DNA from: Lama glama
Taxonomy: Eukaryota
DNA length: 64,000 bases
Assembly (NCBI GenBank): GCA_028534125.1
Contig: CM052817.1
Location: 31,994,001 to 32,058,000 of the forward strand
Direction of reading: 5' to 3'
Shown: positions 38,230 to 50,199 of the stretch, piece after piece
How the letters are laid out: each line of letters begins with the position of its first letter
Position numbering within the stretch: position 1 is the first letter of the stretch
Translations under genes and position numbers: made by a program
The notes under the pieces: model-generated
What the model saw: the letters and a program-made list of their open reading frames with translations, nothing else
Told to the model about the DNA's origin: nothing
The model's database searches: none

Positions 38230-39990
38230 TGACTGTTTTTATACTTTATATAAAATTAAATCATGCACTTATGTATACATGATACGATCTTTTGTGTACC
38301 TTCTTTCAACACTGAGATTCATCTAGTGGTATGCTGGAACTGGCTTGTACCAGCTCCAGAGAGCTGACTGTTAAAATTTCAGGAACTTGGCAAGCCAAGT
38401 TTTAAACCCTTGGTAGCTCAAAATTGGTCATAGTGCAGGTGTTTACACCACAGAAATCGACTGACATTACAAATCAGGGCTTTCTGTTTGAAGAGCTGGT
38501 TTACCAGCCCATCACAGGATTCATCCACATTTTTGCATGTGGTGGTAAATGATATATTCTCATTGCATATAGTTTTCCAGTATGTGACTGTGTCATAGCA
38601 GTTTATCCATCCTATTGTACATTGATGATTATAGTTTTCATTTTTGATATTACATTTTTGATGTTCTGCCATGAATATGATATCTCTTGGTAGACTTTTT
38701 GCTGGGTCATAGATTATGTCTATGTATAGCTTTGCTGAATTTTCCAAACTGTTTAGATCTATTTACACTCCCACTATCAGTTTATTAGTAGAGTTCTATT
38801 TATGTCACATTATCACCAACACTTGCTATTTTTGTGTCTTTTAAATTTTAGCCATTGTGGTAAGTGGACAGTGATGTTGATTGCATTGTGGTTTTAATTT
38901 ACATCTCCCTGATGGCTAATGAAGTTGAAGACATTTTTTGTTTATACCCCATTTGAAATATATCCTCTTTTGTGAAGTGTCTGTTCAAGCCCATTGTCCC
39001 TATTTCCATTGGATTGCCTTTTCCTAATAGTTTTGTTAGAGTTCTCTACGTTCTGGAAGTGAGTTTTTTGTCAGGTATATGTATTGCAGGTATTTTTTCC
39101 CGCTCTGATTAGTTGTAGATCCTAATAGAGTCCAGTTTATCAAATCTTTCCTTAAGATGAGGGCTTTTCTTGGTCCCCTTAAGATCTTTGTTTATTATAA
39201 GGACATGAAGAATTTCTTAAGCTTTCTTCCATAAGTTTTATTGTGTTTTTCATACTTAAATTTTCAAGTCATCTGGAATCATTTTTGAACATTGTATGAG
39301 GTAGCATCAAGGTACATTTTTCTTCGTACAGATACGTGGTTGACCCAGCACTATATTTTGAAGACTGTTCTTTGTTCATTGCAGTGCAGTGTTGTCATAA
39401 ATCAAGTGACCGTATATGTGGGTCTGTTTCTGGACTCTTTCCTAGTTTCGGTCAGTTTGTCTATTCTTGTACCTTAAAATATACCATCTTAATGACTACT
39501 GCTTTATTGTTTATCTTCGTATCTGGTGGTAGTCATTTCTTCAGTTACATTGTTCTTCGATGTTGCCTTGGTTTTTCTTCATCCTTTGTTTCCACATGAT
39601 TTTTAAAATAAAGCTTTTCAATTTAGGGGAATACTTCCTTTGCTGTTAATTGGGATTGCATTGAATTTATAGATGAATTTATGGAGAATTACCATCTTTA
39701 CAATATTTAATCTTTGAATTCATGAACATGGTATATTTCTCCTTTTATTTAGCTTTCATTTCTCTCAGTAAATTGTAGCTTTCAAGATCTTTCATACTTT
39801 TCATTAAATTTATTACTGGGTCTTTGATGTTTTTTGGTGCTATAATAAATTGTATCTTTTTAAAAATGTTGAGTTTTTTGTTTGTTCCTGGTATGTAGAA
39901 ATAATGTGGGTTTTTTTCTGTTTTTGTTTTATTTATTGACCTCGTATCAAGTAGCCTTGCTAAATTCACCTATCCTAATAGATTAGAGTT
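38230..39990 (-). mobile_element. Old L1 (L1M-type) 3' region
   Basis: cattgtggttttaatttacatctccctgatggcta; ttgggattgcattgaatttatagat; tcatgaacatggtatatttctcc, all L1 ORF2/3'UTR reverse motifs. Confidence 0.8.
38324..38517 (+). mobile_element. hAT MITE (MER63-like) nested in old L1
   Basis: Ends tagtggtatgctgg ... ccagcccatcacag; exact 8-bp TSD gattcatc at 38316-38323 and 38518-38525. Confidence 0.8.
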
Positions 39991-40391
39991 TTCTTCATAT
40001 TTCTCCTGATGTTGAATTCTCTTTTAAAGAGCTTTAGACTTCTTTGGTGTTATGGAAAGAGCCAGTGTTGTCAGATAGCATTTAGATAGTCTGTACTGAT
40101 ATTTTCTTGTATCTTTGGGCTGCTCAGAGCTGCTGAGAAATAGATTTATCTTAATTTATACTGCATTGCTAAACTTATTACTACTTATTACTCTCCTGTT
40201 AGAAAAGACCAAATAATGACTAGCAGAGGTAGTTTCTTTGCATTTTTTACCATAATTTCTGTGCCATTTTCATATGTACTCTTAGCATAAACTTGGCATA
40301 AACCTATTCTTTTATCTTAATAAAAGATAAAACATCTTACTTATGTAAATATAACAATGTTACTCAGAAATGTTGACTATTTTATCTTTAG

Positions 40392-40439
40392 GAATTCTTT
40401 CAAGTCATCCGAAATATGGTTCCATCCCTAAACTTATAT
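40392..40439 (+). CDS. OCIAD1: OCIAD1 coding exon 4
   Basis: tctttag|GA...ATAT|gtaagt; 48 nt; (G)ILSSHPKYGSIPKLI. Confidence 0.96.
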
Positions 40440-41469
40440 GTAAGTATGAACAACACTAGTTCTCTTAGCTTTTTTACCTAAGTAAAATAGCTAGCTTTCG
40501 TCAAGTGTTTTGTCTTATCTTACTAACAACAGTTATTTGGTTATTTGCTTTGACAAATCACTTTGTTTAGGCTTTTCATAAATGGACAACTTGGGCACTT
40601 TTTTATTAGAATTAAAAATCATGAGTTACTTGAAAGAGACTTTTTTTCTCTTTTTGTAATGTAATAGAACTATTAAAATAATAAATTATTTTGTAAAGAT
40701 ACAGTATTTGAAATTAAGTTCCCTTGATCTCTGAGGAAGGAAAGTTGTCCAGCTATTCTGATTAATCATAATAAGGTGTATTTTAAAATTAAACCTAATT
40801 TTTAAAAAAACTCTTTAATTTACATTTAGTAAATAAGCATAATTTATTTACATTTATAAGCATAGCTTCCTTACATTTTATAAAATTGTTAAAGATAATA
40901 AATTGCCCTAAAAAAGAGTACCTGAGGCCTTTTATGAATCTTTACAGGGTAGTGTCTCTTTTGTATTGGAAACAGACATAAGATGCAACATTAGCCACAT
41001 TTAGGTAGCACTTTGGAATTCATTACTTTAAGGGATTTGTTGCACCTGATTTAGAAAATAGTCTTATGACATTAGCTAGGCAAATAGTATGATTCCTATT
41101 TTACCAGAAATGAAATGACCTAAATCCCTGTGACTAGGCTAGAATTGCGTAGTTTTGATTCCTCACTCTATTATACTGTTGCCACATGTTTCCTATCTAT
41201 ATTAATATATTAATTAGTAAAGTGGAATTTATTTATCTGATAGCAGCTTTATTTTAGCTTATTTTGTGAAAGTGAATTATATCCACGGAATCATTCTGTG
41301 AACTTTAAATCTGATTTAATGTGGTACTTTTACCATTATTTCAGGAAATCTCAGTTCTTCCACACCAAAGACATATTTAGAGCCACATTTTTTTAAATGT
41401 TCTTTCAGAAGAGATATTTAGCTAAAGAGGCGCACTGAGTTACACTTTCTGTTTATTTTTACAAATAAG

Positions 41470-41605
41470 TTGCTTGCATCATGGGATACTTTGCTGGAAA
41501 ACTTTCTTACGTGAAAACTTGCCAAGAAAAGTTCAAGAATCTTGAGAATTCCCCTCTTGGAGAAGCTTTACGATCAGGACAGGCACGACGATCTTCACCC
41601 ACTGG
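41470..41605 (+). CDS. OCIAD1: OCIAD1 coding exon 5
   Basis: aaataag|TT...ACTGG|gtaggc; 136 nt; (F)ACIMGYFAGKLSYVKTCQEKFKNLENSPLGEALRSGQARRSSPT. Confidence 0.96.
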
Positions 41606-42506
41606 GTAGGCCAGATTCAGATTTTTATTAAAGGTTTTTTCATTTTAGCCAAAAATTGTAACTAGCTAGTACTATCCGTTGCCATAATTTGGGGCATAAA
41701 ACATTGCCTAAATGAAGGATCATTGGAAACTTGCCATTTTGCTGCAAGCTCAAGGTACTTTGCTTTTAAAAGTAGAACAGGATTGGTTTACTTTTGTTTC
41801 AAATATAGAGTTGCATCCTATTGGGAGTGCATGTCCCAGAATGAGAGATTTTAATTTGGCAAACATGTTTGGTTACTATACTTTGGACATTTTTTTTTTT
41901 TAATTTCCAAACTTCAGTCCCATCTCTTAACAGGTTTCAACTTTTTAGTCCTGATTGTTTAAAATTGTAGGGAAATTGTATAAACATAGATAAATGAATC
42001 TGTATGTCTGGATAGGTAGATAAATAATTAAGTGGATTTGGTAGATAAATTGTCCTGTCATAAATGCAGGCAGCATAAACCCCGTGAGAGCTAGTATTAC
42101 TTATGTCTGCTTTAGCAAAATAGTGTTTATTTGGACTGCTACCTGTGGCAGCAGCTTCTCTGTTAATGTGGGAAATTGACACATTTTCTAATCTGAAGTA
42201 CTTTTTCTTTCCAAGAACTTTAAACACAAAGTGATCTCTGAAGCATAGTAATTAGAAAATAGGATATACATTTTTCTCTTGTATTAGGAGTGATAATTTT
42301 TAAGTTGTGAAAGTAGGTCAGAGCATATTTTTAATGTTTTTGTGGCAGAAAGAAACAGACTTCATCTTACTGGTTTAAATAACTATGTTAAAAGCATATG
42401 ATTCCTTTAGAAGATAAGATAACTAGTTTCATACCTTAACACACTTCTTTAAATAAGGTGTAGACAGTAACCCCTGTTTCTTATACAATATGATTTTCTT
42501 TTATAG

Positions 42507-42682
42507 GCACTATTCTCAAAAGTCAAAATATGACTCAAATGTGAGTGGTCATTCATCTTTTGTGACATCCCCAGCTTCGGACAACGTAGAAAGAGAGACG
42601 CTTCCTCATTATGAGCCAATTCCATTCAGTGCTTCTATGAATGAATCTACTCCCACTGGTATTACTGATCATATTGCCCAAG
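42507..42682 (+). CDS. OCIAD1: OCIAD1 coding exon 6
   Basis: ttttatag|G...CAAG|gtagaa; 176 nt; (G)HYSQKSKYDSNVSGHSSFVTSPASDNVERETLPHYEPIPFSASMNESTPTGITDHIAQ; matches ORF-track entry 42490..42699. Confidence 0.96.
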
Positions 42683-44059
42683 GTAGAAACTTCTCTTGAA
42701 ATGAATTTCAGCATTTTATGGTCCAACGTATGTATAAACTTTATTTGATGACCTTTTCTGCTGGATATCACCTGTGTGTTCCATCATCAGCCTAAACTCA
42801 GTGTGTTATTTGTTCATTTGAATTCATGCTTCATTCATTCAACATTTTGGAGAGTTCAATAGGTATCAGGCACTCTGTTAGGTATGGAAGTAAAGATGAA
42901 TAAGACCTGGTTCTTGTCCCTGGGAAGCACTCTCAGTCTGCTAGAAGATACAGAAATATAAGGATAAATTATTCAGATGTCCTGTTAATTGAAAATATTA
43001 ACCAAGTTTACTGAAATAGCAAAGAAGAAATGACAATTTGTGCCTCAGGGAGTCTTTAAAAAGGTTACATGTGTTAGGGTAGCCTTGAAGGCCACTTCAC
43101 CTTAGCTTCTTTGAGAAAAATAATTACCTGCCTTACAGAACTGTTGTCAAGTGAGAAAATCCATGTGAAAGTGCTTTGTGAAGTTTGTGTAAATACTAGC
43201 TTTGAAGATCGCATAATGTAAGTGAAACAGTATCACCTTTGAATTAAGGCCTGGATTTGAATCCTGATTGACATTTGCTAGCAATATGACTTTAGGCAAG
43301 TAACTGTAATTTCTGATGCCTTTGGTTTCTTGATTTCTTGAATGGAGATGATAATCCATCTCTTAAAGAACTTTTGGAATGAGATGAAATAATCAGGTAA
43401 TGCCTGGAAAGAATAGGCTCTCAACAAATGTTAGCTAGCTTGCTTGCTTGCTTCCTTCTTTTTTCCTTCAGTCTAATTTGCAGGGAAAAGTGAGTTAGAA
43501 ACAGAAAGTACAAGTCTGCAATTCCTTGTCTAAAATCCTAAAATCCAAAACACTTTTTAAAAAACAGTTTTTTAAATAAATCAGTGATAAAGTCAGATCT
43601 GAACTCATTTTAAACCCTGACCTAAAAACTGATATAACTCTGTTGTCTTTATCTTAATATGTTTTTTCTAGATTTTGTTGTAGAAATATTAATGTGTATG
43701 CCATTCATTGCTACTTCCTTCAATGTACATTAAGTAATAAGGTATATATACTGTAATAATTTTCTAAAATCTGAGAAACTGAATTTTTGAAACATTTCTG
43801 ACTCCAAGGGTTTGAATAAGAGATTGTGGACTTTATGGAGTATTCTTTGAAAACGCTTGCTTTGAAATAAGTAGAATATGCCAGTAACAATGAGGAACAG
43901 ACAAGGTTAAAGGAAAATTTGGGTCTTCATTTTGTTTAAGATGGGAGAGATTTGAATCTGTATGTAGGTTAAAGGGAGGGAGGGAATATAGTGGAGAGAG
44001 AGGTGTCAGTTATAGGTCAAGTAAGGTTCCCTATGATGCAGAATGGGTTCTAGGTAGGT

Positions 44060-44248
44060 CAGGGTATAAAGTAGCCACTAGCTATATCTGGCTGTTTAAA
44101 TTAATTAAAATTAAATCACATTGAAAATTCAGTTCCTCAGTTGCTTTGGCAGCATTTCAATTGCTCAGTAGCCGTATGTGCTAATAGCTATTGTGTTGGA
44201 CTGTGCAGATACAGAACAGTCTCACCATTATAGAAAGACAGCACTGCT
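44060..44248. mobile_element. hAT MITE (MER3/MER33-like)
   Basis: tagccactagcta...aaattcagttcctcagttgc...catttcaattgctcagtagcc. Confidence 0.65.
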
Positions 44249-46648
44249 TTAGAGCAAAAGTTGGGATGAGGGAGGGATGAGTAGAAGACCTTTGCAGAAG
44301 CAGCAGGAGAGAATGGAAGTTAAGGTAATTAAAGAGATTAAGTTGTTGAGAATCTCTTAATCCTCAACTTTTTTTTTTCCTGAATGGTTGGAAACAAAGA
44401 CATCTGATTAGTCAGAAAGGAAAGGAGGTAGGAAGATTAGGAGAGAAGGTTAAACTCATTATTTTATCTCCAAAGTCTGCTGTCCTTGTTCCTTACTGCA
44501 TCTCCCAAGTTCAGATCCATTCTACTTCTGTTCTAGTCATGCACCAACTCTTCCCTTTTAATGTCTTGCATTCTTCTTTGCATTTGCATTAGAAAATTTC
44601 ATTCCATGTTATATAATTTCTTTGCCAAATAAAAACAAAAAAGCCTTTTGGTATCTGCCCACAGACTATGGCACAGCCCTTCACTGCAGCCATCCATCAT
44701 TCATGCTCTGCTCTTCTGACTCCTCTAAGTCAAATTGCCACTCTTTGTCCCCCGACATGGGCCCACAGTGGCCTCCTTTGCTTTGCACCACCTGCAGTCC
44801 TCCCTTATCAGGACATCCTTTCCTTTTAAGTCCTGTTTGTCCTCTGCATTGTCTTACCAGGAATTGAAAGAGTTATTAATTTTTCAAAGTAGAAAGCACT
44901 CTTTCATAGTTGTTATGAGATTTATCATAGATAGCTTATTACAGTTAGATTTAAATCAATGCTTTTTTACATTTTCTTGTTCCTTCCAGGTCTTTATAGT
45001 CAATCATGCTCCATATACAATGGAAGATACTTTCATTTGGCTTTTATAAATCGGAAAAAATCTCTCTAATTTTCTGTCTGATTTATGTTTTCATTATTTG
45101 TCACAGAATTTCAGAATAATGAAATAGTTTTCTCTTTAGTAAGAAAAAATTTTAAACCTAGAAGGAACTTTATTGATAGATCAGCTAGTTCAAACTTCCA
45201 TTTTTCACAATTGATAAACTCAAGATTCAAAGAAGCTTAGTGATTTGCCCAAGGACATTGTTGGCAGAGTGGGAATGAGAACCCAGAGTCCCTAACCACT
45301 AATCTAGCACACATGGTCTTCAGAATTTACAATACATCATTTGTGGTGAAGGGACATGAGTTCAGTAGTTACGTATTACTAATGAAATGCAAAGTGCTTT
45401 TAAACCCAGCATTAGATTATAATACTTTTTTTGTATTTTTCTTAGCAAGAAAAATTTGGTTTTCAACCATGGTATATAATAGTATTAGAACTAGTTGGAA
45501 ATTTAAATGCTCTGTGCTTTGTATCAGTGCAAGTATACTTTGTAGCAAAATGAAAGATTGTAGTTGAAAACATTCACTGTATAGTTATGTTGCTTTGAAA
45601 ATTATGATTATTTACTGGGACCTTACCATTGAGTTCTCAAATAGTACCACTTACAAAGGTTTTAAAAAATACTTTAATTCATATGGCTATGTTATTAAAA
45701 TGATATGCCCAATTTCTGTGTCTCCTTAAAAACCTCTGAAAAATAATACTTTTGGAGTAGAGTGTAAGACTTTGCTAGTTAAGTAGTTCACTGAATGTTA
45801 TGTTACCATTAGTTAATTTCTTTAAAAATGTTTATATGGCCTTTCTTGCCGACTGTATGTTTTATAAACTGTGTTCAATATTTGGTCCTCTCAACCAGTA
45901 TTAAGATTAACCATTTCCTTATTTTATAGTGTTTGACTCTTTGATAATACATATTCATACTTTGACTTTCTATGGGAGAGAGAAAGAATAAATGCTGGTT
46001 CCCCAGGCAAAAGTTGCTACTTTTTCTGCCTCAGTATTGCATCCATTAGACTGGAGTGAAAGTGATGCATGCTGTGATTAAAGGCTATGTTTTGTACTTT
46101 TCAATAGCTATTTTCAAGTATTTTTGTTTAAATATAAAGAGGGTAAAATAAATTTTTTAATACCTGGAGTTGTTTGCATTATTTAGATTCTGTTTTATAG
46201 GAACATTTAATTATGGAAGTATTACTAAGTAATATTACAGTATGTCAGGTTTTGTTCAGTTGTTACTAGTAGGGTATATTTCTCTTTAATTATATAAACT
46301 ATATGAATACGTTCCTAGTTTAAAACACTAGCATTTTAATGAGTGAATTGTTTGTGCTGATATATGTTATATCCATTCTTCTTCTGGCCATGGTTAGTTT
46401 TAAGTTTTTTTAATGTTGATTTTAAATTTTAGAAATTAAAGCTTGGAAGTGTAAGAGGAAGTAGAGTTTAGTTTTATAAGTACCTTGGAGAAAATACAGA
46501 ACCTTTGGAATGCTGGTAATAATTTGATCCTTCATTTTACTTTATTTATTTATTTATTTTTGTAGGTAAGAAGCATTTATAAAATTTAGTTGCTTTTGGA
46601 TTTATTCAAATCCTTTTATCACCATTTATTAACTGTTTGTTGTTTTAG

Positions 46649-46801
46649 GACCTGATCCCAACATTGAAGAAAGTCCTAAAAGAAAAAATATTACATATGA
46701 GGAATTAAGGAATAAGAACAGAGAGTCATATGAAGTTACTTTAACACATAAGACTGACCCCTCAGTCAGGCCTATGCAGGAAAGAATGCCAAAAAAAGAA
46801 G
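46649..46801 (+). CDS. OCIAD1: OCIAD1 coding exon 7
   Basis: tgttttag|GA...GAAG|gtatga; 153 nt; (G)PDPNIEESPKRKNITYEELRNKNRESYEVTLTHKTDPSVRPMQERMPKKE. Confidence 0.96.
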
Positions 46802-48823
46802 GTATGATAGTCTAGTCTGAATCACTTTGCTCTTTAGGATTGGAAACTGTAGCATTAGTTAAAATCTTTAATTATACTAACATGTGATTTAATGCCTTAG
46901 GCAATTAACCAAAATAACATTTAAGAGAATAGCTACTTAACAGTTATCAATTCTTCCTTTTTTAAAGGGTTTCAAAGGCCATTTTGTGTTAGAAAAACAT
47001 AATGAAGTCCAAATAGTAGTATGAATTAAGACAGACAAATTTTGTAATACAGTGTAGAAATTATGCAAGCATTTGACTGTTATTTCCTTTTAAGAAGCCA
47101 CCTTGGGAATTAATATCATTTTTTAAATGATGCATCTGTTGCATAAAACCAGGTCTGGTGACCTAGGGTTGATAATTGGGCTGTAATGCCACTTTTGGCA
47201 GAACCACAGAATCATGACTGAGTAATAAAATGATTTTCTTATATGTCTGTGGAATTGAGATAGAGTTATATGCCTTACAAATCAGCTTTATGGCATTTCC
47301 AAAAAAGGAGTTTGACTTTTTTTTTAACAGTACTTTCCCTCTATAATTAATTATAGGTTTTAAAAGTACAGTTTCTTTTAGGTCCTTTTGGAACAGCTTT
47401 GCATTACCCAAAGTAAATTTTCTGACACAGCAGTTTACCTCTAATGAAAGAGGGCATTTTGAATAGGGGTTTGTAGCTATTTCAGTATAGAATTTTTATG
47501 TGTTTTTGAGGAATTTTTGAAGATGTGTCATTGTTTCAAGGTTTTCTATTTACTACTTTAAAAATTTGAGGAAGGAATAGGTCCTTGGTACCTTCTTGAG
47601 AGTTATTATGCCACAGAGAATGCAAAAATACACAAAAATCCTTAGTATTTTTTATTATGATTATTCTTGTAGAGCCAATTTTATTTCTGATTGTTAATGG
47701 TTGTTTCATGTAGAATTCTGTTTTATAACACTCATCCATCTCTGTCATATTATTGATGTAAAAAATCTAGCTTTAAAATAAATTTGTGATCAGTACTTGT
47801 TAATGTTTGTCATAAGAAATTTAATGTAAACCTTATGTATTCAGTGGCCATGACTCTGTAACATGTAAAGACTTACCAGTACTCTGTTCTGCTAATCATT
47901 TTGAGGATTTAGACTGTAAGCTCCATGAGGGCAGGCAGTAGTAGCTTTCTCATTTTGTAATCTTTTCAATTATATATCTGCATAGCATAGTACCATGATT
48001 TAATATGTCAGAAATGGCATGTTTTGGTTGGGCCTCCTATAGTAATAAAGGTTAAGAAAAGGGAATATGATAGATGTGTGGCATTTGCTGGATTTGGACA
48101 TTTGTGGTTTTGGCTGTGAACAGGCTTCAAGTTCTGTTATGTGACACGGTAATCCAAAAGAATTTTTTTCTTTGTGAAAAGCTGATTTTTTGTGTTTGTG
48201 TGCCTATAAAGAAAAAGCCAGTTATGAAACAGTTTCAGTGATTTTGTAGAATGTTCTGTTCTAGAATCTAGACAGAAATTTGACAGTACAATGTAGATCT
48301 ACTGGGTCAGAAAGTGTCAACGTTTCCAGCTTTAGTTTATGTGGATTATATTTGTTTTTTATCTAATTAGAAAGTGTGGGAGGAATTGTAAACACCTGAG
48401 CACATTTTCAGTTAGCTGTCAGAGCAGTGATGTCACCACACATCATGTAGCTTCATGAAAACTGCCTTCTACTCATAAGGGAAGGAAAAGCAAGGGGAAA
48501 AGGCAAGGTATGAGGGGAAAGGGTACGTAATGTCTCACTGTAACAATGGGGTAGTTTTGACTTCAGAGACTCACTGAAAGAGTCTTGGGGAAGGGGTCCC
48601 CCAGTCATAATTTGATAACTGCTGCTTTACGTTGTTACCTTCTGAAGAGCTGTGATTCGCAAGGCTATGTGGAAGAGAGGCTAAAAAGTAAAATAGAGAA
48701 GACAGAAGAGCATGTTTCAAAATACAATTTTATGTAGAATGCAAGAATATTGGAAAATGTTTCCTCCTTGTACTAGTATTAACAGCTCATGGGAGAGAAG
48801 GTTAATCAGAATCTGAAGACTTG

Positions 48824-48960
48824 GAGGGGAAGATACCGCTCAGTGGTAGAGGGTGTGCCTAGCACGCATAAGGCCCTGGGTTCAATTCTCAGTACCTCCA
48901 TTTAAAAATAAATAAATAAACCTATACCTTTCCCGACAACAAAAATATCTTGAAAAACCC
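48824..48960 (+). mobile_element. tRNA-derived SINE in the last OCIAD1 intron
   Basis: A/B-box head and family tail; exact 15-bp TSD gaatctgaagacttg at 48809-48823 and 48961-48975. Confidence 0.9.
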
Positions 48961-49358
48961 GAATCTGAAGACTTGACCATTACTAATGCAATTTTTTTGT
49001 GTGTGTGAAAAACAGCATTTGAATGTTTATTATTGTTACTTTTCATTTGCTGCTAACTTTTTTGTATGTGCGATAAATATATACCACGCTTACTTAGTTG
49101 GTATGATAAAGTTGTAAAGGCACCCAGGCTTTGGACCTAAACAGACCTTTGTTCAGACTTCAGTTCTACCTGTTCCATTAGGCTTGTACCTTTGGCAAGT
49201 TACTAATCTGTTTTCCTTAGAATGGGGGTCATTTGACTCTCATGTGCACTTATCAAATGAGAGAGAAACATAACTTTAAACCATAATAGTAGCAAACAAA
49301 ATAGTGCCTTTTACTTATTACTATGTGGAATCATCAACTATTTGTGCTTTTTTCCTAG

Positions 49359-49396
49359 TCAAAGTAAACAAATATGGAGATACTTGGGATGAGTGA
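49359..49396 (+). CDS. OCIAD1: OCIAD1 terminal coding exon
   Basis: tttcctag|TC AAA GTA AAC AAA TAT GGA GAT ACT TGG GAT GAG TGA = (V)KVNKYGDTWDE*. Confidence 0.96.
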
Positions 49397-49846
49397 AAAA
49401 TTGCATCATTGGACCTACTGAAGGAGTTTCACTGTCCAGCTTCATCTAGGTGGTCATGAACATCTGCATGCTTTGAGCTCAGCAGCAGTCTTCATAAACA
49501 CATTTAAACTAGAACCTGGGTTTTTGTGGTTTGGCTTATTAAAATGATGTTTTGAAAACATTTCAATGTTAACATTGTGTGAATATTCATTTTGGGGAAC
49601 TCTTTGAATGATGGTATTAGGCCATGATTGTACACAGTTGGGTTTCAGGGCAAGGATACTCTGTTATTAAAGTATCAAGAGAGTGTAATGCTCTAGAATC
49701 ACCATATATGGGAATAAATGATACCTGCATGTTCACTTGGGGTGGGTGGGGGGAGCGAGCATAATTTTAAGTGTGAAACTTTACATCAAAAATAATTAAA
49801 AAGGCTTTCTCCAGTGTTTGCTGTATTCTCTTAAATGTTTATGGTA

Positions 49847-49852
49847 AATAAA
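49847..49852 (+). terminator. Probable OCIAD1 polyadenylation signal (AATAAA)
   Basis: AATAAA followed about 20 nt later by a U/GU-rich tract (ttcgttgatttcgtcattttattgtttg); other candidate hexamers at 49538, 49666, 49713, 49795. Confidence 0.6.
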
Positions 49853-50199
49853 ATTTAAAGGAACGTGCATCTTCGTTGATTTCGTCATTTTATTGTTTGC
49901 AATATTTAAGTACAATTACAAGTAAGTGGTGTTTTGTAGGGATTAGGAAAGGCACACGTCTCTGAATATTTAATAATTATATGAATGTGGCTTGGTAAAT
50001 AAATCCACATACAATAAATAGCTCAATCCCTTAAAAAAGCAGTGCTGAAAAGTTTGCAAATTCCAGGGGAATAAAAATTTGGTATACTTTATTCATTATT
50101 GACCTAATGTATGTTTCTGATTCAGGTGAATGGAAAATGAAATTGTGTTCTCATCTAAACTATACTTACTCATATTACATTTCTACCAGAAGTTAGCTC

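Larger units (their letters stand above)
27380..49875 (+). other. OCIAD1: OCIAD1 gene span (OCIA domain-containing protein 1 / Asrij); both ends approximate
   Basis: Manually spliced CDS join(28924-28981,29411-29491,33920-33973,40392-40439,41470-41605,42507-42682,46649-46801,49359-49396) = 744 nt, open frame, MNGRADYREPNAEVPRPIPHIGADYIPTEEERRVFAECNDESFWFRSVPLAATSMLITQGLISKG...KVNKYGDTWDE*, recognised as OCIAD1. Confidence 0.97.

Noticed and set aside
42541..42546. Internal donor-like AAT|GTGAGT within OCIAD1 coding exon 6
   Set aside because: Explained by Val-Ser codons; exon-side context is poor and use would frameshift; no supporting evidence.
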